Below, in pieces: positions 13,901-25,300 of a DNA stretch of 64,000 nucleotides (position 1 is the first letter of the stretch; every line of letters starts with the position of its first letter). The translations under genes and the position numbers were made by a program. Origin of the DNA: Amoebophrya sp. A120 (taxonomy: Eukaryota; Protista; Dinoflagellata); contig CAJINV010000006.1 of assembly GCA_905178155.1 (NCBI GenBank), forward strand, positions 2,173,700 to 2,237,699, read 5' to 3'. The notes beneath the pieces were generated by a model. That model had not been told where the DNA came from. It did not search any database and saw nothing but the letters and a program-made list of their open reading frames with translations.

Positions 13901-16900
13901 GCAGGTCGCTTGCGAAGGGCCCGCCCTGCTTACAATTGGATCGAAAAAAAAAAATTGTCTTTGGGGAAAACCGGGGTAGTGGGGACAGTTTTCCCTACCG
14001 TATCATCTTAGTATGACAGTCCACAACTACTTCTTTTCCTTCCCCATGCAGTTGCATCAAAATGGCACCATGCAGTTGCAGCTCGACAGCTACACAAGCG
14101 CTGGCGAGGTGGATTCAGGCGGTTCATCATGACAATACCACGTAAGATTCTACTACTGTAAAAATTTCGGTATTTTGCATGACAAGTGAGGGGAAGCAGC
14201 AGGGGTAGTTGTGCACAACTCTCATACGAAGGCCTTTTGCTGATCCTCCTGTGTCTTGTATGGTTGTCTGAACTTCGCTGCGAAGTCCTGCTTTTTCGCG
14301 TCAAAGTCGGCGGTCGGTCTGCCGTTCGCGGTGAGCTGCTTCTTCGCGTTGTCATCACTAGAGCTTGCCAGCACAAAGACGTCCGGAAAAAATTCTTTTA
14401 TGGGAGTGTCAGGATTGAAATCGACAGAGTTGAAATAACTCGCAATGCATAATTAAAATCGATACCAGCTCCTGGAAGCCCAATTTCTAAGCGGTGCGTA
14501 ACAAAGTTCGGCACCGTCTAAATCCAGTTTGTCATGCTGTTTGGCCACAGAAGACTGCTTTTTTCATGCTATTTTAGCAGCTCTAGTTCAACAAACCCTA
14601 AGCAGGCTCACAATCGGCCTCACTTGCCATCCCTGCAAGACAGTCACTTCGTGCCTTGCATGTTATGCATGGCGAATCATTTCACCTTTGTCGGTTTCAA
14701 GCCTGACGCTTCCATATCTTTCAGGGTGTATTTTGTCGCCTCCTTCACCGGCTCCGCAGCTTCTTCACCTGCAGAGTAGATACGACGAAGATGATGCTAA
14801 ATCAGCATGACAAATTGCTCGCCCTCTTCTGAGTGTGAAGGTGTTTGTCATGCGGAAGTAGTGCAGACAGAGGCGTCGTTTGTCATGCAAAAAAAGATAG
14901 AATGACCACCACAGTCGTACTTCTATACCTTCCTCCCCAGCCTCCTCCTCTTCTTTGACCACTTCTGGCACCTTGTCCGTGAATAAGTCGAGCGCGTCCT
15001 CGTATTTCAACGGAAAATCCCCTAACTCCACGAGGAACCCGCGGTACCGCGACTTGCTTGTCATGAGCTTTTTCTCGATCAGGCTGGAGAACAGAAGTTT
15101 CTTCTCCTCCTCGCTGATAATATCTTCCACCACTTCCTTGGTCACCGTCTCGCCCTCTTCCGCGCCCTCTTCTTCCACTATGAAAGTGCACAACTTCATC
15201 CCCTCCCCCTCATTATCATTTGTGTTGCATGAACAGCAATACAAACACCAGCACACGAGGAGCCTGTGCATGACAAATTCACGCGTCTAGTGTAGTACTG
15301 TTTGGGCTCCTTCCTGAATCTGTCATGCAAACAGTGCCAAAGGGAAGCACTTGGATTTGATGGGGTTTTGCATGGCAAACAGGGGGAGGGGGAGTTGTGC
15401 ACTGGTTTCATATCCACCGTGCTAGTTGTCGTTTTGAAGCTGTACGGTGCCTCAAAGTCCAACCTCTCCTGTAGATAGACCACCGCCTGCGGCAGCTCCA
15501 CGGGCTCTGGCTCCTCTTCCTCCGGCGGGGGCGCTATCCTGTGGAAAATAAACGTCCCCACTCCATAGTCAACAAGATGGGAAATCTCCTACACAAATCA
15601 ACCAGCTCAAGTTATTTCGCATGACAAGTTTGCCCTCGTAGTGTAATCCTGATTCGTCCTAGCTAGCTCAGCAGCATCACAGATCTAGCATTTCATACTG
15701 GCTCTAGCATCACAAATTCCCTAACACGAGTAGAAAATGCTTTTCATGGGGCTCCGCATGAGAAACTTCTTTGGCATGCAGATTTGCATGTTGACAACGA
15801 ACTCTGGGGTGGGTGCGCTTTTACTCAGAATAGGCGCCTCCTCTTCCCCATCCTCGGGTGGGGGCGGGGCGGGTTTTGGCTCCGGGGGTGGGGGGATTAG
15901 ACCTGATAATTTCATTTCCACAGAGAAACATGATTTTGCTTTTATTTATTGCGGTTTCGTACGTCTGAACGAGTGATCGAGAATTCATCCTGATCATGGT
16001 GCACAAAACGTAAGAAAGAAATGATAGAGAACCATCGACAAAATCCTTGAAGAACGACCCGTGCGAAATTATAGTAAGTACTTTTCGCCCACTCTGCCAG
16101 TTCCATTTGCATCTTCCCAGTTGAAATCACTTCGACCTCGAATTCCTTCGAGACACTGTTTATCATCTCCAGATAGCACCCGGGCGTGCCGGAGAACACG
16201 GAGCGGATGGGCTTCAGGTTGATCTCTTTCGAGTATCCTATGCAAAAGCATCGTAGTCGTTGTCGTACTAATCGCATTCATGCATTACAAATTTCTTTCT
16301 CAAGTTAGACCCGCACTACAAATTTCATTTCTCGTGCTGACAAAATTTATCATGCGATTTACACTAGTACGATGCTTTTGCAATCCATATGGAATACTCC
16401 TTCGCAATTTTTCGGACGTTGTTCGTGAAAAACAAACCCTTGGCGCAGTGCTTCTCCGGGATTCGGTACCAGGTCTGGCAGGGACTGACGCGGAGGTTAT
16501 GCATTGCAAATATGTCTGGGTCTGGAAACCTGTGATGCATGTCAGTGAATAGAAAGCACATTTCGATGCACCGCCAAGCACGACAGATTTTTCCGTGGCT
16601 TCGTGTTGCGTAATCCGCATGATAGATAAACAGCCTTCTTGCATGACAGACAAGAGGAGCTCTTGCTGGCCGCGCAATACAGAGCTCAGCGTCATGCCAG
16701 ACTAGCATGACAAATCTTGCACTCTTCCAGACCCAGACATATTTGCACTGGATAGAGGTTCATTTTAGTCAATTCCGGATAGAGGTCTAACGAGCAGGCG
16801 TCTCCTCCCGCCACAGGCACGTCCCGCAGCACGCTTTTTCGCAGGTCGGGATTTGGTTTCTCGCCCTCCTCTTCTCCCTCTTCTGCCGCTTCCCCGCCGA

Positions 16901-19900
16901 ATTTCGCTAACATGTCGTCCATGGTCGTAGATAACATTTTATCCTGTGCAAAAGTATCGTGTAATCGCATTCATGCATTACAACTGTCCATCCCAAGGGA
17001 AAACAGCATGACAAATTCCCTCTGTCATGCTGAGCCAATTTGTAATGCAATTCACTACTAGCTACTGCGATACTTTTGCAATTCATACATCGTTGTTAAC
17101 TCCGCCTCCCCCGGCTCGCCGCAAAACTCGGTCAGGATGATTTTCAGCAAGTCCGTAGAGCTCATGTCGGATTTATCACGGGAAAAAAAAGTGTTTTACA
17201 CTTACACATTTGTTGCAGTTTCAGCATCATAAAGTTCTTGCTCTGCATAGGAAAGAAAACTTGTGATGCGCAGACCATAAGGGAAAACATAAACAGCACT
17301 CACGAAATGAGGCTGGAAAGCATTTCCTGCATGATAGAGGTTGTCTTGCTGGTCTTGTTGCAGCAGGGTGTGTAAAACTGTACTAGCACTTTTTCCTCAC
17401 GATACGATTCGTCCACCGCACAGTACACGTACTTCGAGTTGTTCTTTGAGTTCTGCACGACGTACCCCACCACCCCCTTCTTTCCGATTTGCTTAAAGTC
17501 GAAGGTCGAGGGTTTCTGCATTTGGATCCTCTCTATCCTGTGCAAAAGTATCGCAGTCGTAGTAATCGCAGTCATGCATTACAAATTCTCTTTTTATGGT
17601 AAACCCGCATGAGAAAATCCCTCTGTCGTGCTAAGCTAATTTGTATTGCAATTACTGCTACTAGTACGATACTTTTGCAGTTCATACTCTCCATTTTCTC
17701 GGGCGAAATTTCCTCCTCGCCCTCGTCCGGCTCCTCCGGAATGAGGTCTGCCGGTGTTTTATGGATTGCAAATGTGTCTGGGTCATCTGGAAAGAACTTG
17801 GCATGCTAAAGTGTGGATGACAGCCAGACTCCAGTAGCGAACCCTGCGTGGCAAATTTTTCACCGACTACCTCGCGAGTAAACAGAATGACACATTCCGT
17901 TTTATTTGCATGACAACTTGACGTCGCTGTATCGGAACGCGCATAACAAGTTTTGATGTTCTCTTTTCCGAACAGCATCACAGGCTTTGTTGCAAGTTCC
18001 AGAAGACCCAAATCGATATTTGCAGTTGATATGTTTCCGGCAGCGCCAGCTTCGCTTCGTCATCGGGGAAAAAGGCAGCTTGTAATGCGAGTTTGCACGC
18101 GTCGTTGACGTGGACCGTGGGGAGAAAGTTTGGATTTTCCGCAGATGTTGTAGCGAAGAAGCCCTTATGCTCTGCAAAAGTATCGTACTCGTAGCAATTG
18201 CTGTTATGCATTACAAATCTTTTTCCTCAGGCAAATCCGCATTACAAATTTTGTTTCTCATCATGCTGAGAAAATTTGTAAATGCATTTATACAAATACG
18301 ATACCTTTGCAATTCATAGCTCTCGTTTCTCAGCCACGCCTCCTTCATCAGGTACGAAAACGAGGGAGCTATCAAATGCAAAAGTCTCTGGGTCTGGTAC
18401 AAAGCAACTTGTTATGCTAAATCTGAATCATGTAAAAATTTGTGTTGCATGATTACCAGAAGCTGTCCACTTTTGACCTAATCGAGAGGCAGTTTCCCAT
18501 GCAGGACGATAGGCATGATAGAATTCTCACAGAATCTGTCATGCTATGTCCTACATGCCAGACCTCATGGGTCATGGAGAACCTGCATGACAAGTCGGGC
18601 ACTCTTCCAGACCCTGACATTTTTGCAGTTGATAGGAACGGAGGTGAAACCACCCTCGCTGGCAGGTACGGTCAGCATGGCGGGCGGGACCGTGGAGTAG
18701 TTCGGCATTTCGCCCTATCAAATGTAAAAATGTCTGGGTCTGGAAGGTCACAACTTGTCATGCCAAATCTGCATCATGCAGAAAATCTGTGTTGCGTGAT
18801 TACCAACAGCCGCGCTTTTTTACCAAGTTGAGAGGGAATTTCTCATGCAGGACGGGTATGATAGAGGTCTTACAGAATTTGTCATGCTAGATGCTGCATT
18901 CTAAACCTTATGAGCCATAGCAAACCTGCATGACAAACCTGGCAATCTTCCAGACCTAGACATTTTTGCATTTCATACGCCCTTTCCGTAAAGCAAACCG
19001 GACGAAACGACGATCGACCGGATATTCGCTTTCACGTTCAACGACGTGACCAGCTGTCCTGAGTAAAAACGTCCCCACCCCAGAGTTGTCATGCAGATTT
19101 GCAATGACAGGAACATCTGTGATGCGCATCCCCAACATGATAGGCATTTGCAATCGTGGTTTGGGATTTGTAATGCTGTAAACAGGATAAGCGCATGGAT
19201 TTGTAATGCGGCTGGCCTTTCCAACTTACACTACACTACGTACTGCAACTTGTCATGCGTGACTGCCAAAGCTTTTGGATTTGTGTTGCGAGAGCCCTAT
19301 CTCGACTCTGGTGTGGGGACGTTTTTACTCAGGATACCAGCGTTTCTATCGTCTGCCATCTGCGGTATTTCGCCGTCGCCTGTCTTTTTGCGAAGTAACT
19401 TGCGGTCAGCTTCTTCGGCTGAAACTGCTTCGGTTTTGGGGGTTCACTTTCTGCTGGAGGTTTTTCCTCTCCATCTTCCTCTGCCGCAGCCTCGTCTTCC
19501 TCCCCTTCCGGTGCAGGTGGGACCTCTTCGACGATCTAGTGTGTTGCAGTCATGCATTACAAATCTTTTTCTTAAGGTAAATTCGCATTACAGATTTTAC
19601 AACTTCTCATGCTGAGGAAATTTGTAATGCATTTCTACTTACAGTCGTGTAGTATACCTCCTCCAGCTCCACCGCGGACTTATCCCAGGTATCCGGTGCA
19701 AAAGTAACGCACTCGTAGTGGGTAATCGCAATCTTATATGCAAGTGCAACACAAATCAGCATGACAAGTTCCATATCCATTGCATTTGTCGTGCTGAGGT
19801 GGTAAATAAAATTTGTATGGCAATTATACCACGTAGCACGTGACTTTTGCAATTCATACCAGGTCAGCACCGTTGAAATCAGCACAAAAATCACTGAATG

Positions 19901-20939
19901 GTCGGTGACTAATTTCAGCTTTGGATATGAGAGTGCACGACTCCCCCTGCTCCGCGTCGTGTGTCATGCAAAATACCAAATGCACCCTTTGCCTTTGCGT
20001 TGTCGTTGCCTCTTGGTAATCTTATTTGCATGACAGGTTCTGGAAGTCCAAACAACAATGCGTACAATTAGGGATGCATTTGCCATGCAAACCATGTCGG
20101 CATTTGTATTGCTGCTCATGCCTACAAAAACAAATGGGGGGGAGGGCGACCTGTGCACTCTCATATTTGAATCACCCGCTCTAGTTCCCCCAAGTCCGCC
20201 GTAAAGAGATCGTAGACAATGAGCTCCGACTTCACAATCGTATTCAGCAGTTCGTCGTCCTTGGGCACGATCGTCAACAAACTATTGTCGGGCAAGGCGG
20301 ACCATTTCGCGGCGGCTTTGTCTGCTGCGGAGATTGTGGTGGTGGGCACGACTGGGGCTGCGGGTGGTGCCGGGGCCGCTGTTGAGGAGTTTTCTCCGGA
20401 GGTTGGAGCCGCGGGGGCCGTTGTCTCGACGGTGGAACTGGGTTTAAAAGTTTTTGGTCCTCGATCTTGGTTTTTTATTTTTTGTTTTTCCTTATTTTGC
20501 AGGGGTTTTTTTTATCCAACGCCGAACTTCGAACCACGTAGCTCCTGTAGCTGTTGTACTATACGCATGACAAGTTGTGGGGCATTGCATTTTGTAAAAA
20601 CAAAAAATCAATCAGTATATGATCATATTCTTACGTGATCAAGGCAGACCCCGACAAGTTCAGCGCCAACTTATGCCGTTCTGCGAATGTCGTCAACTCG
20701 GCAACCGCATATGCATCGCAAAAGTGGTATGTCGCACTCGTACAACAAATAATGCTAGTCTCGCATGACAGATCCTTTTGCTTATACCTTATTTTGCATG
20801 ACACATTTCGTTTTTCCTTTTGGAAAAATTTCTAATGCTGTTTGTACTAGTCAAATAACAAGACTTTTGCAATGCATACCACACCGCGTCCGACGTATCC
20901 GTCGGCATTACTGACGAACGCGGAGAGGGACTGCGACAT
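10973..20939 (-). CDS. AK7: Adenylate kinase 7-like flagellar protein (N-terminal epimerase-like fold, C-terminal Dpy-30 motif), more than 20 introns
   Basis: N-terminal AFVSNADGYVG; FVLISTVLTW; MKEAW..NFLPTVHVNDAC; C-terminal SLPLKNYMQEHVVPE|VVKGLIEVCKVMPEDPVDYLAEYL (Dpy-30). Exon structure only partly traced. Confidence 0.8.
11014..11260. mobile_element. Introner family E
   Basis: TATCGTGGGGAAAAAGTGCTTCACTGT...ACAGTGAAACAC..CCCGATA; DR GAGCA/GAACA. Confidence 0.75.
11981..12199. mobile_element. Introner family E
   Basis: TATCCCACGAAAAAACTGCTTCACTGTGA...TCACAGTGAAACAGTTTTTTCGTGCGATA; DR TCCGT. Confidence 0.88.
12391..12629. mobile_element. Introner family G
   Basis: TATGACAGAGCAC..CCCTCCCCC / GGGGGAGGG..TCTCATA; DR GTCGC/GTCCT. 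Confidence 0.75.
12687..12837. mobile_element. Introner family D (151 bp)
   Basis: D-type TIR; DR ACTGG. Confidence 0.92.
12970..13143. mobile_element. Introner family A
   Basis: A-type TIR; DR TAACT. Confidence 0.85.
13207..14002. mobile_element. 796-bp non-autonomous TIR element with TAC...GTA ends and 5-bp TSD, inside AK7
   Basis: About 43-bp TIR TACG(T/G)TAG(A/G)GAAAACTGTCCCCACTACCCCGGTTTTCCCCAAA; TSD TCATC at 13202-13206 and 14003-14007; GC-rich interior with no recognisable ORF. Confidence 0.92.
14012..14226. mobile_element. Introner family G (diverged DR)
   Basis: TATGACAGTCCACAACTAC...GTAGTTGTGCACAACTCTCATA; DR CTTAG/CGAAG. Confidence 0.75.
15179..15412. mobile_element. Introner family G
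   Basis: TATGAAAGTGCACAACT...AGTTGTGCACTGGTTTCATA; DR TCCAC. Confidence 0.85.
15535..15832. mobile_element. Introner family C
   Basis: C-type TIR (AAACGTCCCCAC / GTGGGTGCGCTTTTACTCAGAATA); DR GGCGC. Confidence 0.85.
16234..16389. mobile_element. Introner family A
   Basis: A-type TIR; DR TCGAG/TGGAA (diverged). Confidence 0.8.
16498..16754. mobile_element. Introner family B
   Basis: B-type TIR; DR GAGGT. Confidence 0.9.
16940..17087. mobile_element. Introner family A
   Basis: A-type TIR; DR CATTT/CATCG. Confidence 0.82.
17174..17404. mobile_element. Introner family E
   Basis: TATCACGGGAAAAAAAAGTG...CACTTTTTCCTCACGATA; DR GGATT/CGATT. Confidence 0.78.
17534..17686. mobile_element. Introner family A
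   Basis: A-type TIR; DR CTCTC. Confidence 0.9.
17760..18031. mobile_element. Introner family B
   Basis: B-type TIR; DR TGTTT. Confidence 0.85.
18166..18318. mobile_element. Introner family A
   Basis: A-type TIR; DR GCCCT/GCTCT. Confidence 0.85.
18370..18634. mobile_element. Introner family B
   Basis: B-type TIR; DR GGAGC/GGAAC; same subfamily as 18716-18977 and 57594-57855. Confidence 0.88.
18716..18977. mobile_element. Introner family B
   Basis: B-type TIR; DR CGCCC. Confidence 0.9.
19055..19336. mobile_element. Introner family C
   Basis: TGTCCTGAGTAAAAACGTCCCCAC...GTGGGGACGTTTTTACTCAGGATA; DR CCAGC. Confidence 0.9.
19690..19858. mobile_element. Introner family A
   Basis: A-type TIR; DR CCAGG. 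Confidence 0.87.
19926..20165. mobile_element. Introner family G
   Basis: TATGAGAGTGCAC...GTGCACTCTCATA; DR TTGGA/TTTGA. Confidence 0.85.
20710..20878. mobile_element. Introner family A
   Basis: A-type TIR; DR CCGCA/CCACA. Confidence 0.8.
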
Positions 20940-22320
20940 TTTTTTCCGATCGAATTACTACTCTCTCAGCAACGGCATGAAGATCATTGTCACTACAGAT
21001 TATACATCACTTGTGAATAGCAATTCTACAGCTACACTGAAGTGAAGATGGGCGTGAGGACGAAGAGATACGATCCAGACTCTCGTCAAGTTCCAGTCAC
21101 CCAATAGATACAATCGCTCGTCATCTACGGCTCACTCAGACCACCGCTCTAAAAACAAGCGACAACTTCTTACTCACACCACTACGCAAAGCGACGTCTC
21201 ACTCACAGGCCCACCACTATAAAAACAAAAGCGACATCGAGCGCGAGCGAAGCCTGTGTTTTGCTTTCTTGAGCAGAATCCGCTCCTGCCGTTGCTCTGT
21301 GGCAGAACTTTTTCTCAAGATCAGCTTTCGCATTCATTCAATGAGTTCTTTTAGTCTTTCGCAGCTTCGCTTTCGTTGGAAGTAACGCCTCTTTCTTTGC
21401 ATTTTCGCAACAATCAGTTTCGATTACAACCGAGCGTTTTTTTCGCAGACGATAACGAATGAGAAGTACTAGTGAAGCAAGCACAAAAACAGGTGCCAGT
21501 GCCACAACTACAACTTCTAGAGCTAAAACAGAATTATAGTAAAATAAAGCGTGGTCAGTAACAAGTAACAACAGAAGAAACGTCAAGAAAAAGAAACCAG
21601 AAACGCAAATTTCGCAGACGAAAAAAGCCGTAAATCTAAGAAAGCACTTTGTATTCATTTCGCAGACAAAAGATAACAGTACAGAAGATTCCGGTGGCAC
21701 CTCGGAGGTTCATCTGGTCGTGGAGACAACCCTATCAGCCGTTCTTTATTTTTCCTTTCCCTGCATTTCTCTTCTCCTTTGCATTTCTGAAGTATTAACG
21801 GAAAGAACTTCTAGGTTGCGAGTAGTACCAGTCGACAGGGTATGTTGACAGCAAGTATTCACGCCTCATCATGTCAGTTACTAGCGCATAGTCTTCCTCC
21901 TTCGGAGGTCCTCGAGAGTGGGAATGCGACCGCTGCCCTAGAGTGGCAGGTCGCCCTCCAAAAGAATGGACCACGAGATAAAGGACTCAATTGAGATTTG
22001 TTGTCGGTCCACCGCCTGTGAATCTTTCTTCTACCACTACTTATCTCCGATCAATTTTTAATTTTTTCCTCTTCCTTTGAAGATAAAGATGGAGACAACA
22101 ACATGCTCATTTTCGTTTTCGTATTGCAGACCAGAAATGGACAGTAAGTAAAGCTAAAGGGTACTGTACAGAAAAAGAGGGGGGGGAGCGTGATTTGTCT
22201 TCGTGAGGCCACAACTGAGTAGAGCAAATACAGCGAATATTTTTTTTTTCGTAGTAACTACAGTTTGTTTTTGTAGCTGCAGCTGCTGCAAAAGGAAAGC
22301 GCACATCACCACCTTTAGTA

Positions 22321-25300
22321 CTACGTATTCGTATTGCATCGCCCGCCTCCCAAGAACAGTTGAAACGCCACTACCTGGACTAAGTACTTACATCTCACGC
22401 CTGTATACGACCCTCCTCCTTCCAGCTCCCCGGACAAAAGACCACCTGGGAGGGCGCTTTCAAAAAGATGCTTGTTTTCAGTCCCCGCTCCGGGTCCCGG
22501 ACCCGATTGCACACGTTCTGCATCCGCAGGGTTTCTTTCCCCATGGCGGGACAGACCGGTTGGTACTCCGGTGGTAGCAAGCTCGGTTTTGCACCGTGCT
22601 TCCCATTTGCCGGCTATGCGTTGCAAAAGTACCGTACTAGTAAGTAGAGATTTTCGCATGACAAATTGTCTCAGCATTACAAAGTAAATTCGTAATGCGG
22701 CTTTACCTTAAGCTTAACAACAAGATTTGTGATGCATAACTGCAACTAGTACGATAAACTTTGCGCTGGATACAACCTCCGGTGGTCCGACCAAATTACA
22801 CCATTGCAGGACGTAGTTGAAAGCGTGGGAGGTCTATTCACTGCAAAAGTATCGCACTCGTATAAATGCATTACAAATTTTCTCAGCATGAGAAGTCAAA
22901 TTTGTGATGCTGATTTACCTTGAGAAAAAGATTTGTAATGCATGATTACAATACGAGTACGGTACTTTCGCACTGGATAAGGTTTCGACAAATTCGTGCT
23001 TCAGAAATTTCATGGTCGACTCTAGAAAGGCATGCAATGCAAATTTCCCGTACATGTGCAAAATGCATGACAAATTTCGCTAACTTGCAGTGCTCAGCTT
23101 GTCATGCTAAAACTAGGATTGAAGGCAAGTTGTGTCAAGCATAAACTACATTTGTGCGTGTACGGGAAATTTACTGTGGATAAAACGACAGTTCAAAGTT
23201 TTCCTCCTGCTGATCCACGTTATAGTCCCCGTCTTCAGTACTTGTTTTCAACTTCCTTCCGTAGCAATTCACCACTTCGTCGTGCTGAAGCTCTTGTGCA
23301 TTGAAAAAATATCGCACTTGTAGAGGTACTTCTGGTAGAAATCGCATGACAGATGTTTTCCTCAGTTGTACATGAGAAGTGAGTCTCTCATCATGCTGAC
23401 TGATCTTGAGACCGAGATTTGTAATGCATGACAGCGATAAAAATCATAATATACTCCTAGTATTACGATACTTTTACCATGCATAAACCTAGCTCCTCGA
23501 CAATCTTGCGGTGCAGCAACACCGACTCCCGTTCTAGTAGTTCCATCCGGACGACGAAATTCGTTGCCGAATGCTTTTTAAAATCGTTGGAATTCGCTTC
23601 TTCGATGGCTGCGCGGACGCGTTCTTCCTTCCCCGCATTGAGAACTTCGAAAATGCTGGAGGCGAGAAATTCTCCTGTGCAAAAGCATCTTCGCACTCGT
23701 ATTTCTTCTACTAGCGTTGACGCATGAGAAATCTCTATCTCAAAGTAAATCAGCATGACAAAGTCCGTTTGTCATGCTGAGCACGTTTGTAATGCAAAAA
23801 TTTCAACTACTAGACAGAAGTGCGATACTTTGTTTTGCAAGTCATAGAAACTCCCCGAACGGCTTGGCTTCCGCGGCTTCATCCTGCTTCACGTCTGGAA
23901 TCAAAACGAACGACTCGTACAGGTTGCTAAACAGCGTTTTCGCTTCATCTGGGAAGTATTTCCGGATTTTTTTCCGGGTGGAAAGTGTCTCGTAGTAGTG
24001 ATCCGCAATTGGTTGCAAGTCCTGGACGGAGTTGATTTGTTTTCCGTTCACAACATGCGAGGAGGAGGAGGGCGCGGCCTGTTGTTCTACAACTTGTTGT
24101 GTAGAAGTGGGCATTTTGTACTGCAAACTCGGGTAGCGGCCGCCGAGCCACTTTTTGAACCGCCACTTCTATGAGGTGCAAAAGCATCGTACTAGTATAA
24201 ATCGCATGAGAAATCTCCTCAGCATGAAAAACCAAAATTTGTATTTGTAATGCGGATTTCACTTGAGAAAGAAATCTGCAATGCATGAACGCGATTACTA
24301 CGAGTGCGATACTTTGGCACAGGATAACTTTCCGCTCGCGCCAATCATGACGATAGAGAGGTAGGGCTTTGATGGCTTTCTCGAAGGTAGTTCTTGCTTG
24401 TTCGTTTTTTTGTTTATCATCTTCCCCAGGTGGCCGTCGTGGTCGAGACCCAGGATGTTCTGAAAGTAGACCTGCTTCAAGGTGTCTGATCCGCAGCGCT
24501 CGACGAATTTTCTGAAGTCGGCACCAATGTCCCAGATTATGCAATGCAAAAGCACTATCGCAGTCGTAGACTAGCTAGTAATCGCAGGCATGCATTACAA
24601 ATCTAGTTCCCGAACTCAATCCGCATTACAAATCACATTTGTTATGCTGACCCAAGAATTTGTATTGCAATTTCTACTAGTAGAGCGATACTTTTGCCAT
24701 GCATACAGATCTTGAAGCCGCTAAACACCTGGTCGGGGTCGTGCAGGGAACGAATTTTTTTCGTGGGGTCTTCGGCGGCGGACCCGATCTGTATGCCGCC
24801 GTGCTCGTAGTAAAAGGGCACGTAGTCGTAGGGGTTGTACTGGTCTCGCCGCATGTAAGCGTGATACAGTTCCGTGATAGCGTCTTGGTTCATTTTTTGG
24901 TTCTGCGCGGCCGCGGCCCGGTGAGTTCTTTATCCTGCGCAAAAGTATCGGATAGTCGTACTACCATACTAGTTATCGCAATCATGCAAGACAAATGGCC
25001 TGCCAGCATGACAAATCCCATTTGCACGACAAATTCCTGTTGCCATGCTGAGCAAACTTGTGTTGCAATTCCTACTGACAAGAAGTGCGATGCTTTTGCA
25101 ATTCATAGAGTTTTCATCCCGTTCCCTGTTCTTTCCGCTTGCTGGTCGCCGCCTCGTGGAACGATGTGTCGCTGCGGTTGGTGCTGTCCATGCTCCAGGC
25201 CTTTTCTAGTCATTCCCCCCGGGTTGCGCAGCTCCTCGCCCGCAGCTCCCTCTTCGCCCTCCGTCAGGTGGATTTGCGGTAGCGGCGAACCAGCCCCACC

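Noticed and set aside
21890-21960. Hairpins CCTCCTTCGGAGG and GCGACC..GGTCGC as a structured ncRNA
   Set aside because: Short stems with no recognisable RNA family; not supportable without covariance analysis.
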